DNA from: Macrostomum hystrix
Lineage: Eukaryota > Animalia > Platyhelminthes
Direction: 5' to 3'
NCBI GenBank assembly: GCA_950097015.1
Contig: CATNEN010000001.1
Coordinates: 15,128,001-15,192,000, forward strand
DNA: 64,000 bases
Numbering within the stretch: the first letter of the stretch is position 1; each line of letters begins with the position of its first letter. Below are positions 1-18,904 of this stretch, piece after piece. Under the pieces are notes generated by a model. The model was not told where the DNA came from and searched no databases. It was given only the letters and a program-made list of their open reading frames with translations. Position numbers and translations under genes: made by a program.

Positions 1-156
1 CCTGGCAGAGCAGGGCCCACGACTCCGCCTGAACCAGCATTCGTTAGCTAATTAATCCCCTGTGCCTACCTTGAATGCCGTGGCTCATGATCTTCAGGCT
101 TTCAGGGGATCCCGTCTTAGCGGTCTGTCTGGCGTACTTTCTGTTTCTACCCCTGT

Positions 157-520
157 TCATCTCACCCCAGACTCTGCTCATCTCACCCCTGACTCTATTA
201 ATCTCACCCCAGACTCTGCTCATCTCACCCCTGACTCTGCTCATCTCACCCCTGACTCTATTCATCTCACCCTAGACTCTGCTCATCTCACCCCTGACTC
301 TATTCATCTCACCCCAGACTCTGCTCATCTCACCCCTGACTCTGCTCATCTCACCCCTGACTCTATTCATCTCACCCTAGACTCTGCTCATCTCACCCCT
401 GACTCTATTCATCTCACCCTAGACTCTGCTCATCTCACCCCTGACTCTATTCATCTCACCCTAGACTCTGCTCATCTCACCCCTGACTCTATTCATCTCA
501 CCCCTGACCTTATTAATTTC
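157..520. repeat. Tandem repeat, 21-bp unit (CTCACCCCTGACTCT(G/A)(C/T)TCAT), ~17 copies
   Basis: Directly visible periodicity; produces the spurious HLTPDSA/ISPLTLL ORFs. Confidence 0.95.
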
Positions 521-1427
521 ACTCCTGAGTCCTGACTCGTCATTCTCGCCTCTGTCTACGAAGTATTTATCTCGCACTCCGATGTTTGTGTCATTAAAAA
601 TTTTGATTGTTTGAGTCTATTGTGTAGCATATAAGGTTTTTGTTTTCTGTGATTTTATTAAATTAACGCTTGGAAATTTTTCGCCGGTTGCTAAATTATT
701 CTTACGGAACACGGATTGAGCTGTGTAAAGTAAAAATTGGTGTCGGAATTATAAAATAATCTTCAATTATACCATAACTTTGTTTCTCGTGATCTAACTT
801 TTGGTGAATGTCAATGTACGCTGTTTTGTGTCGTATATGGATCTTTTAAATTGCAAAGCTTTCTCAGTTTTTGTTTCTCCATCCTTGCTTTTCTATTTGC
901 CCATGTTTTGGACTGTTAGAAGGACTAAGAAATAAAGTTAAAACGGCCCTTTTAAGGACCGCATATCTAATTCCGCTTGTGTATTTCAAATCTGAGGACT
1001 TTAGTAAGCTGCACTTTCGAAAACCTATTAATAAAACTGGGAACTAATGGAGGCCTCTTAAATGTATCTCTTTGCTTCTTAAAGTTATTTTCGAAGGAAT
1101 TTATAAAATAAAAAATTGCGTAATTCGAAATCGATTTAACGAGTTTAAACGTGTTGTCAGAATTGAATTTTTCTCATTTTTGCCACATACGAGTCTGTTG
1201 CCATTGCTGTTTTTTTTACAATTTTCTATCGAAAAATCCCAGAGGATATTTGTGACTGCTAGAAAATTGAATTGTAAAAACCAACTAGACAGCTCAATTA
1301 AATACTGAGTACTGAGTGTTGAGTACTACAGATTAATTTAATAGTCGACTATTTGCCCTCATCGCTACCCATTTCAGGTTCATTTGCATAATTGATCTCC
1401 TTTTTGCTTTCTGACCATCAGGACTGG

Positions 1428-1481
1428 CTGTCTGTCTAACTGTCTGTCTGTCTGTCTGTCTGTCCCTGTCTGTGCTGGGTC

Positions 1482-1523
<42 letters not shown>

Positions 1524-1549
1524 CTGGGTGTCTGTCTGTCTGTCCTGGG

Positions 1550-1581
<32 letters not shown>

Positions 1582-1632
1582 CTGGGTGTCTGTCTGTCTG
1601 TCTGTCCTGGGTGTCTGTCTGTCTGTCCTTGG

Positions 1633-1672
<40 letters not shown>

Positions 1673-1677
1673 CTTGG

Positions 1678-1733
<56 letters not shown>

Positions 1734-1763
1734 CTGGGTGTTTGTCTGTCTGTCTGTCCTGGG

Positions 1764-1795
<32 letters not shown>

Positions 1796-1846
1796 CTGGG
1801 TGTTTGTCTGTCTGTCTGTCCTGGGTGTCTGTCTGTCTGTCCTGGG

Positions 1847-1878
<32 letters not shown>

Positions 1879-2022
1879 CTGGGTGTCTGTCTGTCTATCC
1901 TGGGTGTCTGTCTGGCTGTCTGTCTGTCTGTCTGTCTGTCCTGGGTGTCTGTCTGTCTGTCTGTCTGTCCTGGGTGTCTGTCTGTCTGTCTGTCTGTCCT
2001 GGGTGTCTGTCTGTCTGTCTGT
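1428..2022. repeat. Compound microsatellite (TGTC)n interrupted by CCTGGG
   Basis: Directly visible; explains the VCLS/TDRQ ORFs. Confidence 0.97.
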
Positions 2023-2359
2023 CAGCCAGCACCTGAACCTATCTATCTTCTCTTTATACACCCTAGATGTCCCCGTTTTGATTTGCTTTATCATTACTTA
2101 GCCTCTCATCTTAGGCATGGCTTTAGCACCACACCTACATCAGCAGATACAGGCGGTCCGCCCGCTGCAATTAGACCAGCCTAGCGCTGCAGGTGGCTGG
2201 CACATTTGTCCTTGTCAGTTAGTCGGTTATGCCAATGACCTTCTGCCAAGTCACTTCCATGCCAAGTGCAGGTTTTAGACTAGCACAGGCTTTTAGCTTT
2301 TAGAAATGAACTTTTATTTTGCACCACAATAGAATCATACAGTGTACATTTTCTACTTT

Positions 2360-3990
2360 CCCACTCCCAATCTCCCACTCTCTTAATCTCCAAATCTACT
2401 AATCTCCCAATCTACTAATCCCCCACTCTATTAATCTCCCACTCTTCTAATCTCCCACTCTCTTAATCTCCCACTCTTTCAATATCCTAATCTCCTAATA
2501 TCCTAATCTCCTAATATCCTAATCTCCTAATATCCTAATCTCCTAATCTCCTAATATCCTAATCTCCTAATATCCTAATCTGCTAATATCCTAATCTCCT
2601 AATATCCTAATCTCATAATATCCTAATCTCCTAATATCCTAATCTCCTAATATCCTAATCTCCTGATATCCTAATCTCCTGATATCCTAATCTCCTAATA
2701 TCCTAATCTCCTGATATCCTAATCTCCTGATATCCTAATCTCCTAATATCCTAATCTCCTAATATCCTAATCTCCTAATATCCTAATCTCCTGATATCCT
2801 AATCTCCTAATATCCTAATCTCATAATATCCTAATCTCCTAATATCCTAATCTCCTAATATCCTAATCTCCTGATATCCTAATCTCCCACTCTCTCAATC
2901 TCCTAATCTCCTAATATCCTAATCTCCTAATATCCTTATCTCCTAATATCCTTATCTCCTAATATCCTAATCTCCTAATCTCCTAATATCCTAATCTCCT
3001 AATATCCTTATCTCCTAATATCCTAATCTCCTAATATCCTAATCTCCTAATATCCTAATCTCCTGATATCCTAATCTCCCACTCTCTCAATCTCCTAATC
3101 TCCTAATATCCTAATCTCCTAATATCCTTATCTCCTAATATCCTTATCTCCTAATATCCTAATCTCCTAATCTCCTAATATCCTAATCTCCTAATATCCT
3201 TATCTCCTAATATCCTAATCTCCTAATATCCTAATATCCTAATCTCCTGATATCCTAATCTCCCACTCTCTCAATCTCCTTATCTCTCAATATCCTAATC
3301 TCCCAATATACTAATCTCCCACTCTTTCAATATCCTAATCTCCTAATATCCTAATATCCTAATATCCTAATCTCCTAATATCCTGATCTCCCAATATCCT
3401 AATCTCCTGATATCCTAATCTCCTAATATCCTAATCTCCTGATATCCTAATCTCCTAATATCCTAATCTCCTAATATCCTAATCTCCTAATATCCTAATC
3501 TCCTAATATCCTAATCTCCTGATATCCTAATCTCCTAATATCCTAATCTCCTGATATCCTAATCTCCTAATATCCTAATCTCCTAATATCCTAATCTCCT
3601 AATATCCTAATCTCCTAATATCCTAATCTCCTGATATCCTAATCTCCTAATATCCTAATCTCCTAATATCCTAATCTCCTAATATCCTAATCTCCTAATA
3701 TCCTAATCTCCTGATATCCTAATCTCCTGATATCCTAATCTCCCAATATCCTAATCTCCTGATATCCTAATCTCCTGATATCCTAATCTCCTGATATCCT
3801 AATCTCCCAATATCCTAATCTCCTGATATCCTAATCTCCCACTCTCTTAATCTCCCACTCTTTCAATATCCTAATCTCCTAATATCCTAATCTCCTAATA
3901 TCCTAATCTCCTAATATCCTAATCTCCTAATATCCTAATCTCCTAATATCCTAATCTCCTAATCTGCCAACATCCTGATCTCCCAATATA
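2360..3990. repeat. Minisatellite, ~17-bp unit (TCCTAATATCCTAATC-type), ~1.6 kb
   Basis: Directly visible periodicity. Confidence 0.95.
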
Positions 3991-4592
3991 CCAATAGTTC
4001 CAATCTCCCCAACAGCATAGTTGAGCTGACCAGGAACCTCCTGAGGTTTTCAGTGCGCATAAAAGGTACTCCAGGGAGTGAGTTACCAAACTAACAGTTT
4101 GCCTACAGATAAAACAAAATTAAGGTGCCGTCAGGCAGGCTAAGGCTGGTTGCAGTAAAACAGTTAATTCTATTCTTGCTCGCTTAGATATTTGCTCGAC
4201 CATTTTCGCGACATCCTCAAAGACCGCTTGCTCGCTCACTGCGGGTAGCAAGAAATTAGACTTATTTTCGTCCCTGTCTTGTGTGTCCTTCACCTTATCT
4301 GACTAGCCGGCTTAATGGGATCATGATTTGATTACTACTCGGAGTGGATGTCGGGACCCCATCTCCTCTCGTCTCCCTCGTTGATAGCTGTTTCTACATT
4401 TTACAAACGTTTTGCCTCTCCCCCAGAGGTGACCATTATTATTTTTATTCCCCGAGGATAAAGTTGCAATTGGTTTGTTCAAAATGTGCATGTCCAAACT
4501 GCTCTACTAACTAAGTAGAAATACTAGTTTTTTACTATAAAAACTGCTAAAAATGTTTTTACAGTTTCTTTACACGATTCAGCCCAGTGAAA

Positions 4593-5770
4593 ATGCAAAC
4601 GCGTCTGCTAGCTCGAGTTTTGAGCAATTGGCGAGCATCGCCCTCCTTCACCAGCAGCAGCAGCAGCAGCAGCGGGGGCGGCGGCGGCTTTGACACCTCA
4701 TTTGGTTATGAGCAGGTTGAGCCGGGGCAAAAACAGAGCCGGGTGAATGAGGTGTTCAATCGAGTATCGGACAGCTACGACCTGATGAATGATCTGATGA
4801 GCGCCGGCCTGCACAGGTGCTGGAAACGCAGATTCGTAGCTTCGGCCAATCCCAGGCCAGATTGGAGAGTTGTTGACGTGGCCGGAGGCACTGGCGACAT
4901 CGCGCTTGGCCTGCTGGCATGGAGCCGGAGACACGGCGGCGTGCCCGTGTCTCCCGGACTGGGCTCAGCGTCAGCCAGGATTGACATCAAAGACAGCAGG
5001 TAGAAATATCCCTAATCCAAGATCCCAGATGCTCTCGTACAGTTTCCAAATATCCCCGATTCAAAATCCCAAATCCTGATCCTCAGACTCAGCCTGTGGA
5101 TTTCCTCCGGTTTAGTTACTTAGTGCCTAAATCCCTATCAAGTTTCCTTTTTTCCTATCCCCATTATCACAGTGTCGAAGCCTTTCGCGAAGCCGCGGAA
5201 CGTCAGGCAGCCGCAGCTGAAGGCGCCGGTTCCGCCGCGGCCTCGCAGATTGCTGACGGCGCCAGCTGCCGGGTCACTGTTGTGGATCCCAGTGTCGGCA
5301 TGATGCAGGTTGGTCAGTCGAAGGCTGCTAAACGCGGCGAGTCGTTTGCCAACGCAATCGACTGGCGGGAAGGTCGAGCCGAAGCGCTGCCATTGGACGA
5401 CGCCAGCTGCCACCTGTACACCATCGCGTTCGGCATGCGCAATTGCACAGATCTGCCCGGTGTACTCCGAGAGGCTCACCGAGTTCTGAAGCCATACGGT
5501 CGCTTCGCCTGCTTGGAATTCTGCTCCGTTGACAACCCGTTGCTATCCGCCCTATACGACGAGTACAGCTTCAAAGTGATACCGCCAATGGGCCTGCTGG
5601 TTGCTGGAGACTGGGACTCCTACGAATATCTGGTGCAGAGTATTCGCCGGTTTCCGCATCAGGACACCTTCGCCGGCATGATGCGAGAGGCGGGATTCTC
5701 CGCCGTCAGCTACGAAATGCAATGGCCCGGCGTGTGCTGCATTCATTCGGGCTTCAAACTGCCTGCTTAG
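4593..5770 (+). CDS. COQ5: Mitochondrial 2-methoxy-6-polyprenyl-1,4-benzoquinol methylase (UbiE/COQ5); join(4593..4999,5173..5770), ~334 aa
   Basis: Motifs TSFGY, VF..V...[66 protein letters not shown]; N-terminal Arg/Ser-rich targeting peptide; GT at 5000 and AG at 5171-5172 join in compatible phase 2. Confidence 0.95.
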
Positions 5771-6252
5771 TAGATAAAAATCATCTTTACTTTTTGGGTG
5801 CGCAGTCGATTTTAAAGTCGATCTCTGATTGGCTGGCATTTTTGGGGTTGATTTCAGAGGGCTAGACAGTTTAAGATGCAGCTGGTCTCTGATTGGCTAG
5901 CAGTTATTGTTACTTATTGGGCAGTGAGTGAGATTTGAGAAATTTGAGAAATCTAAACTTAATTAGCTACGTTTGTAAGCTTATTCAGAGTTTAAACAAT
6001 TTTTTTGCTCTTTTAAGTATAGAAATGTGTTTGTTCCTTTACCAGCACAAGGATTTATATAAAATACAAAATAAATAAATTTGGAATTAACGTAACTCTT
6101 TTTGCTACTCACAGTAATGTTATAAGTATATTTATATATAATGAGCATGATGAGTTCTTTTTGTAGCATCATTTGTTATTTGTGCGTTTTTACAGGCGGA
6201 AAATTACGTTTCCTACTGTCTGCAGAGCAGTAGTATAGTTAGTTATCTAAGT

Positions 6253-6560
6253 GGGTTGTAGCCTTGTGGTTTGAGCGTCGGACTCACGACTTCAAGGTCG
6301 GAGGTTCGATTCCCAGCTCCGCTGGAAAAGTTTGAGCCCCTTAGCAAGTCACTCAACTCCGCCTTGCTTCAGTTCAACCTGCTGTTAAATGGGTGCCAGC
6401 ATCAGCCGGGGTAATTGAGGGTGGGTTAGTCATCCCACCAGTCCATGGACTGAACAGCCGTACGCAGCCTTCAGATGCGCCGCGCAATAGCTGCGGCTGC
6501 ACATCTGACCCCCGACTGGGGCACGTGTTATTAATTATACCTGCCCCAATTAATAATAAT
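6253..6560 (+). mobile_element. tRNA-derived SINE with CORE-like central domain
   Basis: A box TAGCCTTGTGG, B box GGTTCGATTCC, then CCTTAGCAAGTCACTCAACTCC...CTTCAGTTCAACCTGCTGTTAAATGGG resembling the MIR/CORE consensus; AT-rich tail. Confidence 0.7.
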
Positions 6561-6980
6561 TATTATAAATTATATATATATATATATATATTGAGGTCAT
6601 ATAGTTTGACTTTACTGAATCGGTCTCACACATTATTCTAAATCCTGAGAGATCCTAAATGATTTGATTTGAACAGCGAATAATATACGAGCCCGATAAA
6701 TCAGTGTCCAAATCTCGAACTCAACTGTCACAGTCGAAGAAATATTAATATTCATAATTTGTCAGTACGACTCGCGAGAGTCTAATTAGGCAAATTAACC
6801 CTAGATATGCGTACAGAATCTCGAATATAAAAGTTTTAAGGGATCAACTGTGAACTATCGTTCCCTTAAAATATAATCGGTGTCGTGACTCGGAATCTGT
6901 GTCAGTTAAATTTTTCTTTAAAAAGCAGTTGGTTATCCAATTATTGTGGCTATCCAATGTACATCCTTGAGCATTGTTCA

Positions 6981-8246
6981 GATTCTAGTTATAGTTCCTG
7001 CTGCGATTCTGACTGTAGTTCCTGTTGCGATTCTAGTTCCTGCTGCGATTCTGACTGTAGTTCCTGTTGCGATTCTAGTTCCTGCTGCGATTCTGACTGT
7101 AGTTCCTGCTGCGATTCTAGTTCCTGCTACGATTCTGACTGTAGTTCCTGCTGCGATTCTGACTGTAGTTCCTGCTGCGATTCTGACCGTAGTTCCTGCT
7201 ACGATTCTGACTAGTTCCTGCTGCGATTCTAGTTACGGGTACGATTCTGAAAAGTTCCTGCTGTGATTCTGACTGTAGTTCCTGCAGCGATTCTAGTTAC
7301 GGGTACGATTCTGACCGTAGTTCCTGCTACGATTCTGACTAGTTCCTGCTGCGATTCTAGTTACGGGTACGATTCTGAAAAGTTCCTGCTACGATTCTGA
7401 CTGTAGTTCCTGCTGCGATTCTGACTGTAGTTCCTGCTGCGATTCTGACCGTAGTTCCTGCTACGATTCTGACTAGTTCCTGCTGCGATTCTAGTTACGG
7501 GTACGATTCTGACTGTAGTTCCTGCTGCGATTCTGACTGTAGTTCCTGTTGCGATTCTAGTTCCTGCTGTGATTCTGACTGTAGTTTCTGCTGCGATTCT
7601 GACTGTAGTTTCTGCTGCGATTCTGACTGTAGTTCCTGTTGCGATTCTAGTTCCTGCTGCGATTCTGACTGTAGTTCCTGTTGCGATTCTAGTTCCTGCT
7701 GCGATTCTGACTGTAGTTCCTGTTGCGATTCTAGTTCCTGCTGCGATTCTGACTGTAGTTCCTGTTGCGATTCTAGTTCCTGCTGCGATTCTGACTGTAG
7801 TTTCTGCTGCGATTCTGACTGTAGTTCCTGCTGCGATTCTGACCGTAGTTCCTGCTACGATTCTGACTAGTTCCTGCTGCGATTCTAGTTACGGGTACGA
7901 TTCTGAAAAGTTCCTGCTGTGATTTTGACTGTAGTTCCTGCAGCGATTCTAGTTCCTGCTACGATTCTGACTGTAGTTCCTGCTGCGATTCTAGTTCCTG
8001 CTACGATTCTGACTGTAGTTCCTGCTGCGATTCTTACTAGTTCCTGCTATGATTCTCACTGTAGTTCCTGCTGCGATTCTGACTGTAGTTCCTGCTGCGA
8101 TTCTGACTGTAGTTTCTGTTGCGATTCTGTTCCTGCTACGATTCTGACTGTAGTTCCCAGCACATATTGACTACGATTAAGACTGTAGTTCCTGCTGCGA
8201 TTCTAGTTCCTGCTGCGATTCTGACTGTAGTTCCTGTTGCGATTCT
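6981..8246. repeat. Minisatellite with 24-bp/18-bp variant units (GATTCTGACTGTAGTTCCTGCTGC)
   Basis: Directly visible; explains the CCDSDCSS and AILTVVPA ORFs. Confidence 0.95.
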
Positions 8247-8789
8247 TGTTCTCAACAAATAACTGACCACTGCTGTACCAAGTTGCACACTGACCGATGT
8301 CCCAAAATCAGTTATCTGCCTGACCTCCGACTGCAGAAGTCACGCTATTGGCTGCCCAATCCGGTGTCATGGCCGGGACACAGGCTGAGGTTGGGGCAGG
8401 CAAAACAGCGAAAAATAATCAAGAAAAAGCAGCTATCAGTTGTAGGTCGGGCTCGAATCTAAATAGGCTGTTGCATCAGAAATTTGAGCGAGTCCCATCA
8501 GCTGCAACAGGAGAGAGCAGAGGCTGCGACCTTGCCCAGCACATATTGACTCCGAAATACCGCGAGAGTGAGAAAGACTTGAGACCGCGTGAGTCAAGGC
8601 GGCCATGGCGTGCAGACAATATCTGCCTACTGCCGTGGAGGCAGTCTGGCTCTGAATATTAATGACCTCTATGCTGTCCACGACCCTCGTCGCCTGTTTG
8701 ACCCGTCTTCGTTAAAAGCGTCCAGCCGAAGTTCGCTTTCTGCGCAGCGGTCGGTCGGGTCGGGAGCGGCTGCTATACAGTTGAGGAGA

Positions 8790-14786
<5,997 letters not shown>

Positions 14787-15348
14787 GTCCATCTAGTTGA
14801 GAACAGCCATTCTCAGTGCTTTAAAACTTGCTTGTTTGACTCACGCAAAGACTGTCAAAAGCGTCTCATTTACTATCATAAGATTGTCGTTGATTCGTTC
14901 GTTTGATTTTTAGAAGGAAATTATGTGCTAATTATTCATATCCCTAGAAATTTTTCCGACAAACTATATAACAAACCTTCAGGCCACGAACCACGGAACC
15001 ACAGTCGCTGTGCTCTAGTAAAATATTTATCCTCTGAATCTGAATGATTTTTTTACGTTGTTTGCTTTAAATGTTCTCTTCGATTAAATATATCCTTTTC
15101 TAGAATCTATTCTAGATTCCATCCAGCCCCAATCCTGGATACAAACTGCAACGTCAGTTATCAATGAGAAATGTCACTTTTTACAATGTCCACCCTCTGC
15201 TTTAACTTTACATTACTTACTTGCATGGAAATTTTCAATGGAGCCTAATTGCTAATGTGAATTTCAATGAAAAGTATTATAGTAAATGCTCAATGCTTCA
15301 AAGTAATTTTGCTTTGCGCTTAAATAAACTCAATAAACGTAAAATTGT

Positions 15349-15552
15349 CCAAGGTCCCTGAGCTCGATTCCGCGGCGAGGCCACATTCATTTGGGGCGCA
15401 GGGGGAGAGAAGGCTTGGGGGCTTGTCGTGCAATATTCGCCCTTGAGGGCCAACCTCCAAGTCACAGTGAGAGTGTACACGACACGTACTCGTACGGTAT
15501 ACGTGAGCATGTGATCAGGAGTCAGCGAAATGAGCAGAATTGCCTCCTCGGA
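15349..15552 (+). mobile_element. SINE family A, truncated copy
   Basis: Shares CGAGGCCACATTCATTTGGGGCGCAG...GGCTTGGGGGCTTGTCGTGCAA with the 11975 copy. Confidence 0.85.
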
Positions 15553-15684
15553 CTAACACTGTATTCTTTAAAAACTTAACAGATTAACCAGCCTTTTTGA
15601 CACGGGAAAATGTTACCTTTTGATAGCAGTGCGAACAGGCCTTTGTGCTTGAGGAGCGTTACTAACGGAATTGACTGACCAGTT

Positions 15685-15958
15685 TCCTGCAGCCAGCGAG
15701 GAGGCAATTCGGCTTATCTCGCTGACTCCTGAGCACACACGCCTACAGATACCGTACGCAGGCACACGCTCACACAGGTGTGTACATCTGCCCTGACTTT
15801 CTCATCGTCAGGCAGTGCACGCGCTCTCATTGTGTCTAGGAGGTTGGCCCTCGAAGGCGTTAGTTGCACGACAAGCCCCCAAGCCTTCTCTCCGCGGCTG
15901 CGCCCCAAATGAATGTGACCGAGCCCAGGGGATCGAGCTCAGGGATCTTGGTGCGAGA
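15685..15958 (-). mobile_element. SINE family A, reverse-orientation copy
   Basis: Reverse complement of the body of the 11975 copy. Confidence 0.85.
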
Positions 15959-17985
15959 TATCCCTGGGATCTCACCCACTCACCCAGGGATCAGAGGGAA
16001 GATTTTCGATTTTAAATGTTAACTTAATGTGCCTATATATACAGACCAGACACAGTATCTATGCTCATAAGAATGATGTGTATGTGCGAAAGACTAATAC
16101 TATAATAAAATTGTACTCGTACATTTTACAACCAAGTAAGGATCACAGTCTCGATTCAAACTCAAAGCGAAATCGAATCTCACTACTGCAGTATCTGCTA
16201 GCTCAAGCTCCTTGTTGTACTCAAAGCTCTGGCAGCACTTCAGCAATTACCTTGATGACTTGTGTCGTGTCTTCCCGTCAGCTCACGAGCTAGCTATGCA
16301 ATATTCAGGACCGAGTGCTTTCGGAGTTAAGAACGCTGAATGCCCAAACTGTGTGCTCTGCTCTTCTCCGACTCGTAAGTAGAAAATCAATAAGCCCGAG
16401 TCTTCCTAACTTTTCTTTTTGGCTTCACCCTCTGATGACGCTTTCGGCTCTCAGGCAGCGGTCATCAGCGCACAGCGATGAATGTTTCCTTCGTCAGTAG
16501 GGCTCTGTTTGGAAGAAATGTTATTTGAAATTCAGCAGTTTTTCCTCGACTCGTCAGCCAACCGCAGCTAAATGAAGCTTCATTAACAAGAAAGCATGGC
16601 CGCGAACAACTTTCAGTTTGAAACAAAACATTTTTGATAATTTTCATGGGAACTTAATTGCGTCATGCCTTTAGTTACAATTCTTCAGAATCAAACGTAG
16701 ACACGTCAACAGTACCCTGGGGCAAGTCCAGTGGATATATCAAAATTTTCCGTCAGATAATATACTTAACAATAATGGTTAAATGGTGAAATTTTGTGAG
16801 CAGAAACATTTTGCCTAAATTTGTGGTTTTTGCCACAAGATGTTTTGTAACGCTGGACATCGTCTTACCGGATAGAGCGGCAAACTAAAGCCATTGGTCT
16901 GGATTTGCATGACGATTGGTTGAATGTTTTGAGAGATACAGAAAAAAGAAATATTTGGGTATTTGAAACGTGGTATTTCAATTGTTAAAGTGCAGCTGTC
17001 CATTCCCGCTGACCCCTGTCACACAACTCACAAAGGTATGTACATCTGCCCGTCTCTCTGCGACTGCAGCCAAATTGAATATGGCCTGGCCGAGGAATCG
17101 AGTTGTTGACCTTGGGATGCGAGATGCAAACGATAAAATGTGAAAAATAGCGATTAAACGTGATCAATAATGAATGGCTCTAAGATGGTTGAGCATAGTG
17201 AAACTGCACGGCTCCATTCGCTGATCCACCTTCTTCTCTGGCCTCATATCTCCGTTTCTCTGACCCAGAAAGGGGCATAGCGAATAGCGACGGTCAGCGA
17301 TTCAAAGATAAAAGGACTCAGCAGCTTCGGCTCGATCTCTTCATCTATTCTTCGGCCACGCGGGGATGTGAAGTCGCCCCCTTTCCCCCTAGAGACTGGC
17401 GCAGAGGAAGGGAATAGACTCACAGTCCAGTGGATAAGGATGAATGTTGAGTCTACATTAAGCATAAGCTCCTTCTGTCTCTTGATCTCTTGATACGAGA
17501 GTTTCTTAGTATGTTGTCACCGATGTTATAATCTTTTCGTCCAGAAACTTTCTGACCGCTTGAGCTAAACAGAAATTTATAAGAAAAAAGTGTGTTCATT
17601 ATCCATTCGGTTGAATAGTTTAATTATCTATGGCATTTAAACACCTGCATCTTATTTAGCACCATATTCGATCAATAGATGAATTTGTTCGATTTTTAAT
17701 CTACGTGTATATCAGGATCAGAGTTTATCATAATAAAATAAACAAAGTAAACATATAAACTTTATGTTGGTATGAGAAATGTAATTGATAGCGTTGGAAA
17801 CTAAAGGGAAATTTCTAAAAATCGCGTTTAATATAAAACCAAATACAAAGGTCGCTCTAAAAGCACTTTTGCCACTTTGTTTCATACACTTTTTAAAATC
17901 ACAAATTTATATTAGAAGTATTTTTCAATTCATAAACAATGCACGTGAAAATCATGCACTATTGGTATTATATACTCGTATTATA

Positions 17986-18620
17986 CAGTTATAGCGGGAA
18001 TCAAAAAACCTTTCACTTTATTGTCGTTCCCCTCAACCATGTCTTGACCATAGACAAAAGCCTTTCACTGTATTGTCGTTCCCCTCAACCATGTCTTGAC
18101 CATAGACAAAAGCCTTTCACTTTATTGTCGTTCCCCTCAACCATGTCTTGACCATAGACAAAAGCCTTTCACTTTATTGTCGTTCCCCTCAACCATTTCT
18201 TGACCATAGACAAAAGCCTTTCACTTTATTGTCGTTCCCCTCAACCATGTCTTGACCATAGACAAAAGCCTTTCACTTTATTGTCGTTCCCCTCAACCAT
18301 GTCTTGACCATAGACAAAAGCCTTTCACTTTATTGTCGTTCCCCTCAACCATGTCTTGACCATAGACAAAAGCCTTTCACTTTATTGTAGTTCCCCTCAA
18401 CCATGTCTTGACCATAGACAAAAGCGCATCAAAAGCGGTCAGAAGAGCCTCATTGATGACCGCTTATTTTACATGACGGTAAAGGTAAACTTCAAATAAG
18501 GTATTATTAATGATGGTCAAGACATGGTTGAGAAGAACGACAATTAAGTAAAAGGCTTTTGTCTATGGTCAAGACATTGTTGAGAGTAAATTTTATTAAT
18601 TGTTGACCGCTATAAGCCTG
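17986..18620. mobile_element. Putative non-autonomous TIR element containing a 52-bp tandem array (18009-18424, 8 copies) and an inverted partial copy (18511-18586)
   Basis: Ends CAGTTATAGCGG ... CCGCTATAAGCCTG are imperfectly inverted; the array unit reappears as reverse complement near the right end. Confidence 0.55.
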
Positions 18621-18904
18621 CAATATTTGCGAGTATATTAAAAGAGTAAATTCTAAATACAAGTAGCTATTCACCCAACTGTAGAACAGACATGGCAGAA
18701 TTAGCTGGGGCGGAAGGAAGGGTGGGTGTGGCGGCCTCTCAGTCCACGGACTGAACACATGTACACAGCAGCTGTGCCACTGGGCTGTACTTCATTTGGA
18801 ATAGGAGTCATTTCTATCGAATTAAAACTGGGCAATATCAGTGGCGTTAGTCATAAAATTATTAAAACTGTTAATAACTTTAGTTGTGTTAGAATGGAAA
18901 TCCA

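Noticed and set aside
44-2184. ORFs over the 21-bp repeat and the (TGTC)n tract
   Set aside because: Translations of simple repeats with no coding signature
6253-6325. tRNA gene
   Set aside because: A/B boxes present, but no convincing acceptor stem and it continues into a SINE body; same for family A heads
6885-8170. Metallothionein-like Cys-rich ORF (CCDSDCSS) and hydrophobic AILTVVPA ORFs
   Set aside because: Artefacts of a 24/18-bp minisatellite, interrupted by frameshifts and stops
8589-8789. N-terminal extension of the iGluR from the GTG-start ORF
   Set aside because: Eukaryotic gene; the ATG at 8790 directly precedes a signal peptide
16428-16470. Hammerhead-like CTGATGA…GAAA…GTC on the minus strand
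   Set aside because: Stem I partners do not pair; the sequence folds as a plain hairpin
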